From positions 1,408,001 through 1,472,000 of the forward strand of contig CAWELD010000003.1 in NCBI GenBank assembly GCA_963809895.1: DNA of 64,000 nucleotides. The letters run 5' to 3'. Made by a program: the position numbers and the translations under genes. Positions 33,739-44,999 of this stretch are shown here, piece by piece (position 1 is the stretch's first letter; the number at the start of each line of letters is the position of its first letter). The DNA is from an uncultured Gemmatimonadales bacterium. GTDB lineage: Bacteria; Gemmatimonadota; Gemmatimonadetes; Longimicrobiales; Gaopeijiaceae. The notes beneath the pieces are model-generated. The model was not told the DNA's origin. It ran no database searches and saw only the letters and a program-made list of their open reading frames with translations.

Positions 33739-34130
33739 GGCTCGGCTCCGTAGGTGGCGGGATCCCAGCCTTCGGGCACGCGCCCCCACCCCGACACGGC
33801 ACGCGCCACCTCGTCCGGGACCTCGATCTCCATGCGCAGGAGCGCGGTGCTGAAGACCTTGCCCTGGGCGTCGTTCATGAGCGAGACCGTGCCACCGCCG
33901 TCGAGGGCGCCGTGCAGGAGGAAGTTGAGCGCGTGCAGGTTGGGAAGCTCGAAGCGCTCCACCGTGCCCTGCACCCGGTCGCCGAAATGGGCCTTCACCG
34001 CGGGCACGGTGAGGGCGTCGCGGAGCAGGTCGTAGTGGGCGGGATCGTAGGCGATCACACCGACGTTGGCGGTGTCGCCCTTGTCACCGGAGCGCGCGTG
34101 GGCCAGGTGCACCAGAGGAATGCGGGTCAT
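33735..34130 (-). CDS. AtuA-related small (ferredoxin-fold) protein
   Basis: [28 protein letters not shown]. Confidence 0.85.
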   Translation of the reverse strand: MTRIPLVHLAHARSGDKGDTANVGVIAYDPAHYDLLRDALTVPAVKAHFGDRVQGTVERFELPNLHALNFLLHGALDGGGTVSLMNDAQGKVFSTALLRMEIEVPDEVARAVSGWGRVPEGWDPATYGAEP

Positions 34131-35506
34131 AGCGTCGTCACCTCCACCTGCAAGGCCGGCTCCACGGCTTCGCGCCGCACCAGCGCCGGCCAGTAGGCCA
34201 TGATCTCCTGGACCCGCGGGCGGCCACCGGCGAACCCCGTCACCGACGGCGGACCCGTGAGCACCAGCGGCGCGATCTCGCGGGTGAATCGCTCCACCGC
34301 GGCCCGGTCGTGCCCGCGCACGCCGATGCGGAGCTCCACCTCGGGTAGATTCGCAGGCGGCTCACCCGCCAGGTGGCCGTGGGTCGAGTCCCAGCCCACC
34401 AGCTCGGTGCGGACGGCATCGAAGCGCATCCCCAGCCGGTCCAGCCGCTGCCGGATCACTCTCGCCGCCGCCCGGGCCTTCATGGCCGCGTCGGGCCACG
34501 CGTAGGTCAGGGTGCCCACCGCCTTCCATCCGTCGCTGTAGGCGATGCTCACCTTGAGGAAGTCGGTGGCGGCCCGCCCCTTCACGCCCACCACCCGCAC
34601 CCGATCCGGCCCGTCGTCCTCGAGCCGGATGGTGGTGAAGTCGGCGATGACGTCGGGGGTGATGTAGGTGGAGGGATCACCCATCTCGTAGACGATCTGC
34701 TCCGAGACCGTGGCCCGGGTCACCCGCCCGCCGGTGCCGGCGTGCTTGGTCACCACGAAGGATCCGTCGGGCGAGGCCTCGATGATGGGGAATCCCACCC
34801 CTGCCATGTCGGGGATCGTCCACCAGTCGGCCAGGCAGTTGCCGCCCGTGCTCTGGGCACCGCACTCGTTGATGTGCCCCGCCACCACCCCCGCCGCCAG
34901 GCGGTCGTGATCCGAGGGCGACCAGCCGAAGGCGTGCATCATGGGCGCGTAGGTGAGCGCCGTGTCGGTGGAGCGGCCGGTGACCACCACGTGTGCGCCC
35001 CCCGCCAGCGCTTCGACGATGGGCGCGGCGCCGATGTAGACGTTGGCGCTCTGGACGCGATCCCGGATGGACTCCAGCGGTTCGCCGGTCTCCATGTTGG
35101 CCAGGGCGTGCCCGTCGGTCAGGAGCTCGTCCAGACGGTCCAGGATGTCGTCGCCGATGACCCGGCCGACGCGTGCCCGCCCCGCGACACCGGAGCGTGC
35201 CGCGGCGTCGGCCAGGGCCCGGGCACAGCCCTCGGGGTTCACACCCCCTGCGTTGGTCACCACCCGCACGTTCCGGTCCACCACCGCCGGGAAGATGCGC
35301 TCCATGAGAGGGACGAAGTCCCGGGCGTAGCCCGCCTCGGGATCCCGCGCCCGTTGCTTCTGCATGATGGACATGGTCACCTCGGCGAGGTAGTCCATCA
35401 TGAGGTAGTCGATGGGACCGCCTTCCACCTGGCGAACCGGCGCCTCCTGGTCGTCTCCCCAGAAGCCCTGTCCGCTGGCGATCCGGATCACGTCTCGTTC
35501 AGCCAT
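34127..35506 (-). CDS. Acyclic terpene utilization AtuA-family protein (DUF1446)
   Basis: [40 protein letters not shown]. Confidence 0.9.
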   Translation of the reverse strand: MAERDVIRIASGQGFWGDDQEAPVRQVEGGPIDYLMMDYLAEVTMSIMQKQRARDPEAGYARDFVPLMERIFPAVVDRNVRVVTNAGGVNPEGCARALADAAARSGVAGRARVGRVIGDDILDRLDELLTDGHALANMETGEPLESIRDRVQSANVYIGAAPIVEALAGGAHVVVTGRSTDTALTYAPMMHAFGWSPSDHDRLAAGVVAGHINECGAQSTGGNCLADWWTIPDMAGVGFPIIEASPDGSFVVTKHAGTGGRVTRATVSEQIVYEMGDPSTYITPDVIADFTTIRLEDDGPDRVRVVGVKGRAATDFLKVSIAYSDGWKAVGTLTYAWPDAAMKARAAARVIRQRLDRLGMRFDAVRTELVGWDSTHGHLAGEPPANLPEVELRIGVRGHDRAAVERFTREIAPLVLTGPPSVTGFAGGRPRVQEIMAYWPALVRREAVEPALQVEVTTL

Positions 35507-35543
35507 GTCTCCGCCCAGCGTTCGCGGCGAAAGTGAAGTGAGG

Positions 35544-37160
35544 TCAGGTGGTGGAGGGCGGCAACTGGAAGGCGCCCAGGTGGGGGCCGGGATTGTGGAG
35601 CGCGGCCCGGAGCAGGAGACTCAGCGCGGGCCGCACCTCTTCGGGCAGGACGACCTCGTCCACGAAGCCCCGGGCGGCGGCGAAGCGGGCGTCCAGCTGC
35701 CGGTCGTACTCCTCGCGCACATCGTCCATGCGCGTGCGGATGTCCTCGTCCGGCACCTGGCCCTCTTCGCGAAGCCGCTCGAGCTGGGCGCTGAAGAGCG
35801 CCATGACCGCGCTCTCGCCCTCCATCACGCCCATGCGGCCCGTGGGAAGGCTCAGGATGAAGTCGGGATCGAAGCCCTGTCCCGCCATGGCGTAGTAGCC
35901 GGCGCCGGAAGCGTGGTTCAGCGTCAGGACCAGCTTCGGCACGGTGGCCGTGGCCATGGCCTCCACGAACTCGGCCCCGGCGCGGATGATGCCCGAGTGC
36001 TCGGCGTCGGGCCCCACCATGAAGCCGCTCACGTCCTGCACGAAGAGCAGCGGCGTGCGATGGCGGTTCATGGTCTCGATGAAGTAGGCCACCTTGCGGG
36101 CGCTCTCCGTGTAGACGATCCCCCCGAATCGCGGCGGGCCGGGGCGGTCGTCCTTGACCATGGTGCGCCGGTTGGCGATGACGCCCACCGGCAGCCCGTC
36201 GATGAAGCCGGTGCCGCAGATCATCTCCGCGGCGTGCTCCGGCTGGAACTCGTCCAGATCCCCGGCATCGAGGAGTGTCTCGAGCACCGCGTGCATGTCG
36301 TAGGGCTGGCGGTGGTCGTCGGGCATGAGCTCGTAGAGGTCGGAGGCCGGACGCGCTGGCGCCTCCGCCTTCCGGCCCTCCAGGGGCGCGTGCTCACGGG
36401 GCAGCTCCCGTACCATCTCGCGGAGCCGGGCGAGGCAGGCTTCGTCGTCGTCCACGCGAACGTGGGCCACGCCGCTGCGGGCCGTGTGTACCCGCGCGCC
36501 GCCGAGCTCCTCGGCACCTACCGTCTGGCCCGTGGCGCCCTTCACCAGATTGGGGCCGCCGAGCCCCATGAACGACGTGCCCTCCACCATGAGGATCACG
36601 TCGGAAAGGGCCGGCAGATAGGCTCCACCCGCGATACACGGCCCCATCACTGCCGCGAGCTGCGGAATGCGCAGATAGCGGCGCATGACCGAGTTGTAGT
36701 AGAAGAGCCGCGCGGCGCCGTACTGGCCCGGGAACACGCCGCCCTGATACGGGAGGTTCACCCCGGCCGAGTCCACGAGGTAGACGATGGGGATGCGGCA
36801 GCGCATGGCGATCTCCTGCGCCCGCAGCATCTTCTTGATGGTCTCGGGCCACCAGGAGCCGGCCTTCACCGTGGCGTCGTTGGCCACCACGACCGCCTCG
36901 CGCCCCTCGATGCGCCCCACGCCGGTGACGACACCGGCCGACGGGGCCTGGCCGTCGTAGCGGTCGTGGGCCACCAGCAGTCCCACTTCCACGAAGGGCT
37001 CGTCCGGATCCAGCAGGCGCGTGAGACGCTCTCGGGCGGTGAGCTTGCCCTGGTCGTGCTGGCGCTGGATGCGCCGTTCGCCTCCTCCCTGCCGCAGCCG
37101 GTCCCGCAACTCCTTCAGCTCGGCGACCAACTGCCCCGTGCGGGACGCCGATTCGGACAT
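35544..37160 (-). CDS. Acyl-CoA carboxylase carboxyltransferase subunit (MCC-beta-like)
   Basis: [43 protein letters not shown]. Confidence 0.93.
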   Translation of the reverse strand: MSESASRTGQLVAELKELRDRLRQGGGERRIQRQHDQGKLTARERLTRLLDPDEPFVEVGLLVAHDRYDGQAPSAGVVTGVGRIEGREAVVVANDATVKAGSWWPETIKKMLRAQEIAMRCRIPIVYLVDSAGVNLPYQGGVFPGQYGAARLFYYNSVMRRYLRIPQLAAVMGPCIAGGAYLPALSDVILMVEGTSFMGLGGPNLVKGATGQTVGAEELGGARVHTARSGVAHVRVDDDEACLARLREMVRELPREHAPLEGRKAEAPARPASDLYELMPDDHRQPYDMHAVLETLLDAGDLDEFQPEHAAEMICGTGFIDGLPVGVIANRRTMVKDDRPGPPRFGGIVYTESARKVAYFIETMNRHRTPLLFVQDVSGFMVGPDAEHSGIIRAGAEFVEAMATATVPKLVLTLNHASGAGYYAMAGQGFDPDFILSLPTGRMGVMEGESAVMALFSAQLERLREEGQVPDEDIRTRMDDVREEYDRQLDARFAAARGFVDEVVLPEEVRPALSLLLRAALHNPGPHLGAFQLPPSTT

Positions 37161-37576
37161 CAGACCCGCTCTTCCTGCCCGGCGAACCATTCCTTGATGT
37201 ACCCGATGGCCTCGGTGGTCGGCGTGCCCGGTCCGAACAGGCGGCCGATCCCCATGGCCTGCAGCGCCTCCACGTCCTCTTCCGGGATGATCCCGCCTCC
37301 GGTGAGGAGGATGTGGTCCGCGCCGGCCTCGCGAAGCATCTCCTTCACCCGCGGGAACAGCGTCATGTGGGCACCGGACAGGATGGACATGGCCACCACG
37401 TCCACGTCCTCCTGCACCGCGGCGCTCACGATCATCTCCGGCGTCTGGTGGAGGCCGGTGTAGATCACCTCGAAGCCGGCATCGCGGAACGCCGATGCGA
37501 TGACCTTGGCGCCGCGGTCGTGGCCATCCAGTCCCGGTTTGGCGACCAACACCCGGATCTTTCGTTCTTCAGCCAT
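37160..37576 (-). CDS. Cobalamin-binding small subunit of acyl-CoA mutase (IcmB-like)
   Basis: [13 protein letters not shown] (DxHxxG), SILSGAH, FGPGT. Confidence 0.93.
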   Translation of the reverse strand: MAEERKIRVLVAKPGLDGHDRGAKVIASAFRDAGFEVIYTGLHQTPEMIVSAAVQEDVDVVAMSILSGAHMTLFPRVKEMLREAGADHILLTGGGIIPEEDVEALQAMGIGRLFGPGTPTTEAIGYIKEWFAGQEERV

Positions 37577-37820
37577 CGTCGAGCCTCGCGTGGCGATGGG
37601 TGGATTTCCTCGTGGTCCTTCGGCATGACAGTCCCACAAGCTAGCGCGTCGGCCGCGCCCGTGACCACCCCAATCGATCCGCGAAAGAGGACTGCCCAGC
37701 ACGCCCGGGATGCTCTCCAAGCAGGACCTCGGAGTCCCGCACCACCGCCGCCAGCGAGAGACGGCGTGCCTGTACCGCCTCGCGCTGGGCGAACGCCGGG
37801 AACGCTGCAGAGAATTGTGG

Positions 37821-39431
37821 TCAGCCGTCCGCCACCGCCGGCCACAGCACGGACACGGTGGTTCCCTCTCCGGGAGTCGAGAGAACTTCGATGCGGCCGC
37901 CGACGCCCTCGACCACGCCGTGCACCGCCGAGAGTCCCAGCCCGCCCCGCCCCACGCCGCGCGTGGTGAAGAAGGGATCGAACACGTGCTCCTGGATCGA
38001 TGGATCCATCCCCTCGCCGTCGTCACGCACTCTGATACGGACCGCCGGTGCCGAGCCGGCATCGGCCCCGTCGACGCTGGCATCGACCATCTCGATCTCG
38101 ACGTGGCCGCCATCCGGGCAGGCCTCGCGGGCGTTGTCCACCAGGTGCACGAGCACGTCCTCGAGCTCGCCGGGGTCGGCCATGATCCAACCCTGAGCGC
38201 TCGCAGACACGTCCAGAATGCACCGGTCCGTGACCAGGCCCCGCAGCATGGGCTCCAGCCGCCGGACCTCGGCCGCGGGGGAGAGCCGCCGCCGCTCGCC
38301 GGGAAGGCGTTGCGCGAACGTCAGCAGCTGCCGGATGAGCGCAGCACCCCGGGACTCCGCTTCCAGGATGTCGCTGGCCAGCGCCTCGAGGGCCTCGCCA
38401 CCCTCGAGTTTGACCAGATCGGCCGAGCCCCGGATCACGGTGAAGAGGTTGTTGAAATCGTGGGCCATCCCCCCCGCCAGCGAACCCACGGCGGCGAGCC
38501 GCTGGCTCCGCTGCATCTGCTCGCGGAGCAGACGGTCCCGGGTCTCGGCACGAACCCGGTCCGTGACGTCGCGAAGCATGAGCTGCAGCCCGCGCACCGT
38601 GGCGGGTCCGGTAGCGGCGCGCACCGTCGCCTCCACGTGACGCAGCTCGCCGTCGGACGCTCGCACGGTCAGTTCGATGGCCGACCGGTCCGGCGCGGGC
38701 GTCGGACCCGCGGCAGCCAGACCGATGGAGTCGAGGGTGGCCCCCCGTAGCGACGCCTCCCCGCGGCCCAGGATGCGGGCCGCCGCGGGATTCAGATCCC
38801 GGACCCGGCCGGCCTCGTCCAACAGGAGGATGCCGTCGGGGGCGTTGCGTACGAGGTCTTCCGCCTGGGCGCGACTCCGCTCCGCCGACTCCGCCACCTC
38901 GCCGAAGCTCCACACGCCCAGCGCGGTCATGGCTGCGGCGCCCATGACCGCCAGGCCGAAGAAGACGAGCTGCTCGATCTCGTCCTGGCCCAGCCCGGGA
39001 TGCACTCCGTCGAACGCGGCGGCCAGGCCCGTGAGGATCAGCGACACCAGGCCGGTGGCCAGCGACGCCCGGGGTCCCAGGAACATCCCCACGGCCATGA
39101 CGAAGACCGGCGCCACCACCAATGACGGCCCCAGGATTCCGTAGGTGAAGCTCGACAGGTGGATCTCGGTGAACGAGGCGGCCAGAAAGAGAAGCGCACC
39201 CTCGCGCTCACGGTGCCTGTGAATCAGCACGAGGGCGATGACGCCCGCGAGCACCGTGATGGCCTCGGGAACGCGCGGCGCGATGACGCCCGGCTCCACC
39301 ACCGCGCTCACCACCATGCCGATGGCGTAGCCCACGGTCCCCAACCACACGCCCCAGAGCACCCAACGCCGGAACGACCCCGGCGACACGTGCTCCAGAG
39401 CCCGGATGGAAGCCAGGCTTCGCACGGTCAA
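37821..39431 (-). CDS. Membrane PAS sensor histidine kinase without receiver domain (start approximate)
   Basis: ~6 TM, PAS (NAPDGI..LNPAAAR), H-box AHDFNN, DDGEGM, FDPFFTT, GLGLS. Confidence 0.88.
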   Translation of the reverse strand: MTVRSLASIRALEHVSPGSFRRWVLWGVWLGTVGYAIGMVVSAVVEPGVIAPRVPEAITVLAGVIALVLIHRHREREGALLFLAASFTEIHLSSFTYGILGPSLVVAPVFVMAVGMFLGPRASLATGLVSLILTGLAAAFDGVHPGLGQDEIEQLVFFGLAVMGAAAMTALGVWSFGEVAESAERSRAQAEDLVRNAPDGILLLDEAGRVRDLNPAAARILGRGEASLRGATLDSIGLAAAGPTPAPDRSAIELTVRASDGELRHVEATVRAATGPATVRGLQLMLRDVTDRVRAETRDRLLREQMQRSQRLAAVGSLAGGMAHDFNNLFTVIRGSADLVKLEGGEALEALASDILEAESRGAALIRQLLTFAQRLPGERRRLSPAAEVRRLEPMLRGLVTDRCILDVSASAQGWIMADPGELEDVLVHLVDNAREACPDGGHVEIEMVDASVDGADAGSAPAVRIRVRDDGEGMDPSIQEHVFDPFFTTRGVGRGGLGLSAVHGVVEGVGGRIEVLSTPGEGTTVSVLWPAVADG

Positions 39432-39459
39432 ATCGCGACGGCCAGAGAGCGGATCCCGA

Positions 39460-41181
39460 TCAGAAGAACACGGGCTCCTTGTAGGCGCCGAAGACCGTCT
39501 CCATGGCGTGACGGATCTCGTAGAGCGTGCAGTAGGCCCGCGCGCACTCCAGGATGCGCGGCACCAGATTGTCGTCGGACCGGCAGGCTGCTTCCAGCTC
39601 GTCCAGGGCGCGAGCCACCCGCTCCTCGTCGCGCCGGCCGCGCAGATCGGCCATGCGCGCCCGCTGACGCTCTTCCACGCCGGCGTCGATGCGCAGGACG
39701 TCGATCTCCACCTTCTCGGACCCGTCGGTGAAGTCGTTGACGCCCACGATGGTGCGCCGGCCGGACTCGACCTCCTCCTGCTGCCGCATGGCGGAACCCG
39801 CGATCTGCTGCTGGAACCAGCCCTCCTCGATGCCCGGCACCACGCCACCGACCCCGGCGATCTCCTCGAAGAGCTCCTCGGCCTCGGCCTCGAGCTGATC
39901 GGTGAGCGCCTCGACGTAATGCGAGCCCGCCAGCGGATCGATGGTGTTGGGCACGCCGGTCTCGAAGGCCAGCACCTGCTGCGTGCGCAGCGCGATGCGC
40001 ACGGCCTTCTCGGTGGGCAGCGCCAGCGTCTCGTCCATGGAGTTGGTGTGCAGCGACTGGGTCCCGCCCAGCACCGCGGCCAGGGCCTGGTAGGCCACCC
40101 GCACGATGTTGTTCTCGGGCTGCTGCGCCGTGAGGGTCACACCGGCGGTCTGCGAATGAGTGCGCAGGCGCCAGGACTCGGGGTTGGTGGCGCCGTAGCG
40201 CTCGCGCATGTGCCGAGCCCAGATCCGCCGCGCGGCCCGCAGCTTGGCGATCTCTTCGAAGAAGTCGTTGTGGATGTCGAAGAAGAAGGAGAGGCGCGGC
40301 GCGAAGGCGTCCACGTCCAGGCCCCGGGCCACGGCGCGCTCCACGTACTCGAACCCGTTGGCCAGGGTGAAGGCCAGCTCCTCGGCCGCCGTGGACCCGG
40401 CCTCGCGGATGTGGTATCCCGAGATCGAGATGGGGTTGTAGCGCGGCGCGTTCCGGCTACACCAGTCGAACATGTCGACGATGCAGCGCAGGGCCGGCTC
40501 CGGCGGAAAGATCCAGGCGTGCTGCGCCTGGTATTCCTTGAGAATGTCGTTCTGGACCGTTCCCGTGAGGGCCGACGCGTCCACGCCCTGTTTCTCGGCG
40601 GCCGCCACGTAGAAGCAGAACAGGATGATGGCGGGGCCGTTGATGGTCATGGAGACCGATACCTGGTCCAGCGGGATGCCGTCGAAGAGCGTCTCCATGT
40701 CGGCCAACGACGAGATCGCGACCCCACACACCCCTACCTCGCCCAGCGAGCGGGGATGGTCGGAGTCGTAGCCCATGAGCGTGGGAAAGTCGAAGGCCAC
40801 GCTGAGGCCGGTCTGGCCGTGCCTGAGAAGGTAGTGGTAGCGCTGGTTGGTCTCTTCGGCGGTGGCGAACCCGGCGAACTGGCGCATGGTCCACAGGCGG
40901 GTCCGGTACATGGTGGTGTACGGCCCGCGGGTGAACGGGAACTCCCCGGGAAGCCCGAGACGCTCCAGGTAGGTGCCTTCGTCCTCGTCCAGGGGCGTGT
41001 ATACCGGCTTCACCTCCCGGCCGGACACCGATGTGAAGAGGGCATCCCGTTTCGGGGTCGCCCGATAGGTCGCCTCCCAGCGCTCCAGGCGGGCCCGTAG
41101 CTCTTGCAGCTCGGCTTCCTTCTCGGCCAGTGCCCGCGCCATGGCGTCCGGGCTGGTCACGTCGTGCTCCAGGATGGACAT
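39460..41181 (-). CDS. Acyl-CoA mutase large subunit with isobutyryl-CoA-mutase-type signature
   Basis: WTMRQFAGF and NDILKEYQAQ (Phe/Gln at the MCM Tyr/Arg positions), SISGYHIREAG, GGTQSLHTNS. Confidence 0.9.
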   Translation of the reverse strand: MSILEHDVTSPDAMARALAEKEAELQELRARLERWEATYRATPKRDALFTSVSGREVKPVYTPLDEDEGTYLERLGLPGEFPFTRGPYTTMYRTRLWTMRQFAGFATAEETNQRYHYLLRHGQTGLSVAFDFPTLMGYDSDHPRSLGEVGVCGVAISSLADMETLFDGIPLDQVSVSMTINGPAIILFCFYVAAAEKQGVDASALTGTVQNDILKEYQAQHAWIFPPEPALRCIVDMFDWCSRNAPRYNPISISGYHIREAGSTAAEELAFTLANGFEYVERAVARGLDVDAFAPRLSFFFDIHNDFFEEIAKLRAARRIWARHMRERYGATNPESWRLRTHSQTAGVTLTAQQPENNIVRVAYQALAAVLGGTQSLHTNSMDETLALPTEKAVRIALRTQQVLAFETGVPNTIDPLAGSHYVEALTDQLEAEAEELFEEIAGVGGVVPGIEEGWFQQQIAGSAMRQQEEVESGRRTIVGVNDFTDGSEKVEIDVLRIDAGVEERQRARMADLRGRRDEERVARALDELEAACRSDDNLVPRILECARAYCTLYEIRHAMETVFGAYKEPVFF

Positions 41182-41445
41182 CCCCTACCTCTCGTCTGGC
41201 AGATCGCTGAACCCGAGCCCTGCAACCCCGACGGTGGGCACGGGATCCCAATGAACGAAGATGCCAGGAGGCGCGGGCGGGGGTCAACGCACGGAGGCTC
41301 CCACGCCCCTGTCGAAGACCCGCCGGGCGTCGTAGGGGAGTCGCCCCACGCGCGGGCGAGGAAATCCTCCCACGCCCCAGACGGGACGGTCGAGCGTACC
41401 GTATCGTGGGATGGAAGGCGTGACCGAGTCCGAGGAGGGAGGAGC

Positions 41446-43830
41446 ATGGCGACGAAGGGTGGACGCATTGCACGGCGGCTCCTGCGGGAGCACGCGTTCT
41501 CGCTTCCGGCGGGGGGAGTGCTGGCGCTGGCGGCGGGCGCGGCGGCGGCGTTGGCGACGGTGGTGTGGGGTGTGCTGCTCCGCCCCCTGCCCTATCCCGA
41601 CGCCGGACGGCTCGTGACGCTGTGCGAGAGGCACGAGACGCTGGAAGGCTACTGCAACGTGTCGCCCACGAATCTGGGCGACCTGGTGGCGGGTCCCGAG
41701 CTGGAATCCGCCGGCATCGCCAGGGACTGGGGATTCCAGGTCTCGCTGGACGGCCAGCGGCTGCGCGTGGCGACCGGCCTCGCCTCGGGAGGCGTCTTCC
41801 GGGCGCTCCGTCTGACGCCCGCCCTGGGCCGGCTCCCCACACCGGCCGAGATCGGCGAAGAGGACGGGCGGGTGGTGGTGATCTCCAACGCCCTCTGGCG
41901 CGACGCCTTCCAGGGGGATCCCGACGCGCTGGGGCGCACCGTGGTCCTCGACGGCGTTCCCCACACCCTCGTGGCCGTGCTTCCCGCCGGCGCCGGCATT
42001 CCGGAGTGGGACAACATCCAGCTCTGGCGACCGCCGCTGGTGCGCCTCGACGACGAGGAGGTGCGTGGCTGGAGAGGCTTCGGCGACTACGCGCGACTGG
42101 CCGACGGAGTCTCGCTGGCAGAGGCGCGGGCCGGGCTCCAGCGACGGTACGCCGCCATGCGGGATGCCCACGCCGAGATCACGCCCGAGTGGCGGCTGTC
42201 GGTGGTCCCACTGCTGGACCAGGTGGTGGGAGACGTGCGCCCGACACTCCTGGTGCTCACCGCGGCCGTCATGCTCCTGGTGTTGATCGCCGGGGCCAAC
42301 ATCGTGGGTCTGCAGCTGGTCCGTGACGTCCGTCGGGGACGTGAGCGCGCCGTGCGGGCCGCCCTGGGCGCGTCGCGCGCTTCCAGCGCCGGCGAGGAGC
42401 TGGGAACGGCGTTCGTGCTGGGCCTCACCGCCGGCGTCCTGGGTATGCTCCTGGCCGCGGGCTTGCTGGGGGGCCTCCGACGCGTAGCGCCGCCCGGCCT
42501 GCCCCGCCTGGACGAGGTGGCCTTCGCGCCCGTCACGGCGCTGGTGGCGCTGGGCGTGGGCATCCTGCTGCCCGTGCTGGGCACCCTGTTCGTGGCCGTC
42601 CGATCCGTGGGCGATCAGTCGCTGGGGACGCGGCTGAGACAGGGACAGGGCGGCGGGGAGGCCCCGTCCCGTGCGCGCCTCAGGACGGCGCTGGTGGCCG
42701 CGGAGCTGGCGCTGTCTCTCGTTCTGCTGGCGGCGGCGGTGGCGCTCACGCGAAGCTTCGCGCGCTACCGGGCGTGGGATCCGGGCTTCGACCCCCGCGG
42801 CGTGGTCACCGCCTTCGCCGGCGTGTCCACCGCCGATGCCCCCACGCGGGCCGAGGTGCTGCCGGTGTGGCGGGCGGGCGAGGAGGCGCTGGCCGCCCTG
42901 CCCGGCGTGGAGTCGGTGGCCACGGTGTCGGCGGGCCCCCTCTTCGGAGGCCGCGAAACGTCGGAAGTGCGACGCGCCGGCGCCGACGGGCCCGGCACGG
43001 CCGCCCGCTGGTACGACGCCAGCCCCGGCTACTTCGAGACCCTGTCGATTCCCCTCCTGCGCGGTCGGGATCTGTCGGAGTCCGACGTGGCCGGTGGACC
43101 GCTGGCGGTGGTCGTGAACGAGGCGCTGGCCCGCCGCTTGTGGCCCGCGGGCGAGGCCCTGGGACAGCGCCTCACCACCGACGAGAGCGAGGATGCGTTC
43201 ACCGTGGTGGGGGTGGTGGCCGATCGCGCGCCGCTCACCCCGGGCTCACCCCCCGAACCCGAGCTGTGGTGGTCGAATCGCCAGCTCACCCGCTGGGGCA
43301 CGAGCTTCGTGGTGCGCCTGGATCCCGACGCCCCGGCGACCCTTCGCGACGTGCAGGCCGCCCTGGACGGGGCCCATCCGGCGCTGGACGGCGGCGCGTT
43401 CACGCCGCTGGCCGCCCGCCTGGACCGGGCCCTGGTGCGGCCGCGCTTCCACATGCTGCTCCTGGGGGGATTCGCGGTGTTGGCGGCCCTGCTGTCCGCC
43501 GCCGGCCTCTACGGACTGGTCGCGTTCGCGGTGACCCAGCGCCTGCGCGAGATGGGTCTGCGCCTGGCCCTGGGCGCCACCCGGCCCGAAGTGGTGGGGG
43601 AGGTGCTGCGCTGGGCGGCGCGCCCCGTGCTGGTAGGCGTGGTGGTCGGGGTACCGTTGGCGCTGGTGGCGGGAGCGCTCCTGGAGCGCACGCTTCCAGG
43701 CGTGGGCGGGGGACCGAGCCTGGCCTTGGCCGGCGCCACCATCGTGCTGGCCGTGGTGGCGCTGCTGGCGGCCCTGCAGCCCGCCGTACGCGCCGGCAAG
43801 GCAGACCCGCTGGTGCTGCTGAGGGAGTGA
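41446..43830 (+). CDS. Second duplicated orphan ABC permease (ADOP-like)
   Basis: LLRPLPYPD, ELALSLVLL, REMGLRLALGA, PAVRAGKADPL; strong GGAGG RBS. Confidence 0.88.
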   Translation: MATKGGRIARRLLREHAFSLPAGGVLALAAGAAAALATVVWGVLLRPLPYPDAGRLVTLCERHETLEGYCNVSPTNLGDLVAGPELESAGIARDWGFQVSLDGQRLRVATGLASGGVFRALRLTPALGRLPTPAEIGEEDGRVVVISNALWRDAFQGDPDALGRTVVLDGVPHTLVAVLPAGAGIPEWDNIQLWRPPLVRLDDEEVRGWRGFGDYARLADGVSLAEARAGLQRRYAAMRDAHAEITPEWRLSVVPLLDQVVGDVRPTLLVLTAAVMLLVLIAGANIVGLQLVRDVRRGRERAVRAALGASRASSAGEELGTAFVLGLTAGVLGMLLAAGLLGGLRRVAPPGLPRLDEVAFAPVTALVALGVGILLPVLGTLFVAVRSVGDQSLGTRLRQGQGGGEAPSRARLRTALVAAELALSLVLLAAAVALTRSFARYRAWDPGFDPRGVVTAFAGVSTADAPTRAEVLPVWRAGEEALAALPGVESVATVSAGPLFGGRETSEVRRAGADGPGTAARWYDASPGYFETLSIPLLRGRDLSESDVAGGPLAVVVNEALARRLWPAGEALGQRLTTDESEDAFTVVGVVADRAPLTPGSPPEPELWWSNRQLTRWGTSFVVRLDPDAPATLRDVQAALDGAHPALDGGAFTPLAARLDRALVRPRFHMLLLGGFAVLAALLSAAGLYGLVAFAVTQRLREMGLRLALGATRPEVVGEVLRWAARPVLVGVVVGVPLALVAGALLERTLPGVGGGPSLALAGATIVLAVVALLAALQPAVRAGKADPLVLLRE

Positions 43831-43840
43831 CGGCGGGGCG

Positions 43841-44929
43841 TCAGCGCTCGGCAGACGCTTCCGCGGCCACCAGGGCGTCGACGATGGCGGCGGCCACCGA
43901 ATAGGGCGTGGCCTCGCCGTCGGCGATGCGGTCCAGGCCGTCGGCGAGCCGCGCCAGGCTCTCTTCGCGTGCCCACGCCCGGCGGGTCAGCTCGCGCTCC
44001 ACCACGTCTCGCACCCTGGTCTCGGCTCGTGCCCGGCGGCGAACCTCGAGCTCGCCGCTCTCCACCAGGTGCGTGCGGTGGTGTTCCACGGCGTCCAGCA
44101 GCTCCTCGACCCCCTCGCCGGTCTGGGCCACCGTCTTGAGCACGGGGATCTGCCATCCTTCGGGCTTCTCCCAGCGGCGCGGCTTCTTGCTGTCCTCGCC
44201 GGGCGCCTCGCGCACCGCACGGGCCATGTCCACGCCGTGGTGCGCGGGGATCTCGCGCAGGGCCTCGCCCGCCCGCAGGTGGATGGCCATGCGCACCTCC
44301 TTCAGCAGACGATCGGCGCCGGGACGGTCCGCCTTGTTCACCACGAAGATGTCGGCGATCTCCATGAGCCCGGCCTTCATGGCCTGGATGGCGTCACCCG
44401 ACTCGGGCACCAGGACCACCACCACCGTATCGGCGGCGCCGGTGATCTCCAGCTCGGTCTGGCCCACCCCCACCGTCTCCACCAGCACGTGGGGAAAGCC
44501 GAAGCCGTCCATGAGGTCGATGACCTCGCGCGTGGTGGTGGCGAGTCCGCCCAGAGACCCTCGCGTCGCCATGGAGCGGATGAAGATGCCCGGGTCGGTG
44601 GCGAGCTCGTTCATGCGAATCCGGTCGCCCAGGAGCGCGCCGCCCGAGTACGGCGACGTCGGGTCCACGGCCACCACGCCCACCTGGTCGTCCCGGGCCC
44701 GGTAGGCGCCCGCCATGGCCGCCACCAGCGACGACTTGCCGGCGCCCGGGGGCCCGGTGAGCCCCACGCGCCGCGCCCGCAGCCCGTGGCGGCCCAGCAC
44801 CCGGTGCAGCAACGCCTGAAAGCCCGGCCTCCCGTTCTCCACCACCGAGATGGCCCGGGCCAGAGCCACGCGTTGTCCGGCGTCGTATCGCTCCAGCAGG
44901 TCCTGAAGGGCGGGCGTCAACGAATCCAC
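43841..44929 (-). CDS. meaB: MeaB/ArgK GTPase chaperone of B12-dependent mutase
   Basis: GPPGAGKS, AVDPTSPYSGGALLGDRIRM, ETVGVGQ, NKAD. Confidence 0.93.
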   Translation of the reverse strand: MDSLTPALQDLLERYDAGQRVALARAISVVENGRPGFQALLHRVLGRHGLRARRVGLTGPPGAGKSSLVAAMAGAYRARDDQVGVVAVDPTSPYSGGALLGDRIRMNELATDPGIFIRSMATRGSLGGLATTTREVIDLMDGFGFPHVLVETVGVGQTELEITGAADTVVVVLVPESGDAIQAMKAGLMEIADIFVVNKADRPGADRLLKEVRMAIHLRAGEALREIPAHHGVDMARAVREAPGEDSKKPRRWEKPEGWQIPVLKTVAQTGEGVEELLDAVEHHRTHLVESGELEVRRRARAETRVRDVVERELTRRAWAREESLARLADGLDRIADGEATPYSVAAAIVDALVAAEASAER

Positions 44930-44999
44930 GTCATTCCTCGGATGCGGTCCGGCGTGCGGCGGGGCGCGGCGAACGGGTGAAAAGCGGATGGGCGCACGG

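Noticed and set aside
39460..41181. Canonical methylmalonyl-CoA mutase
   Set aside because: Phe/Gln replace the Tyr/Arg substrate determinants.
41182..41445. Cobalamin riboswitch before the B12 mutase
   Set aside because: No B12-box or GGGAA/GCCACTG pattern seen on either strand.
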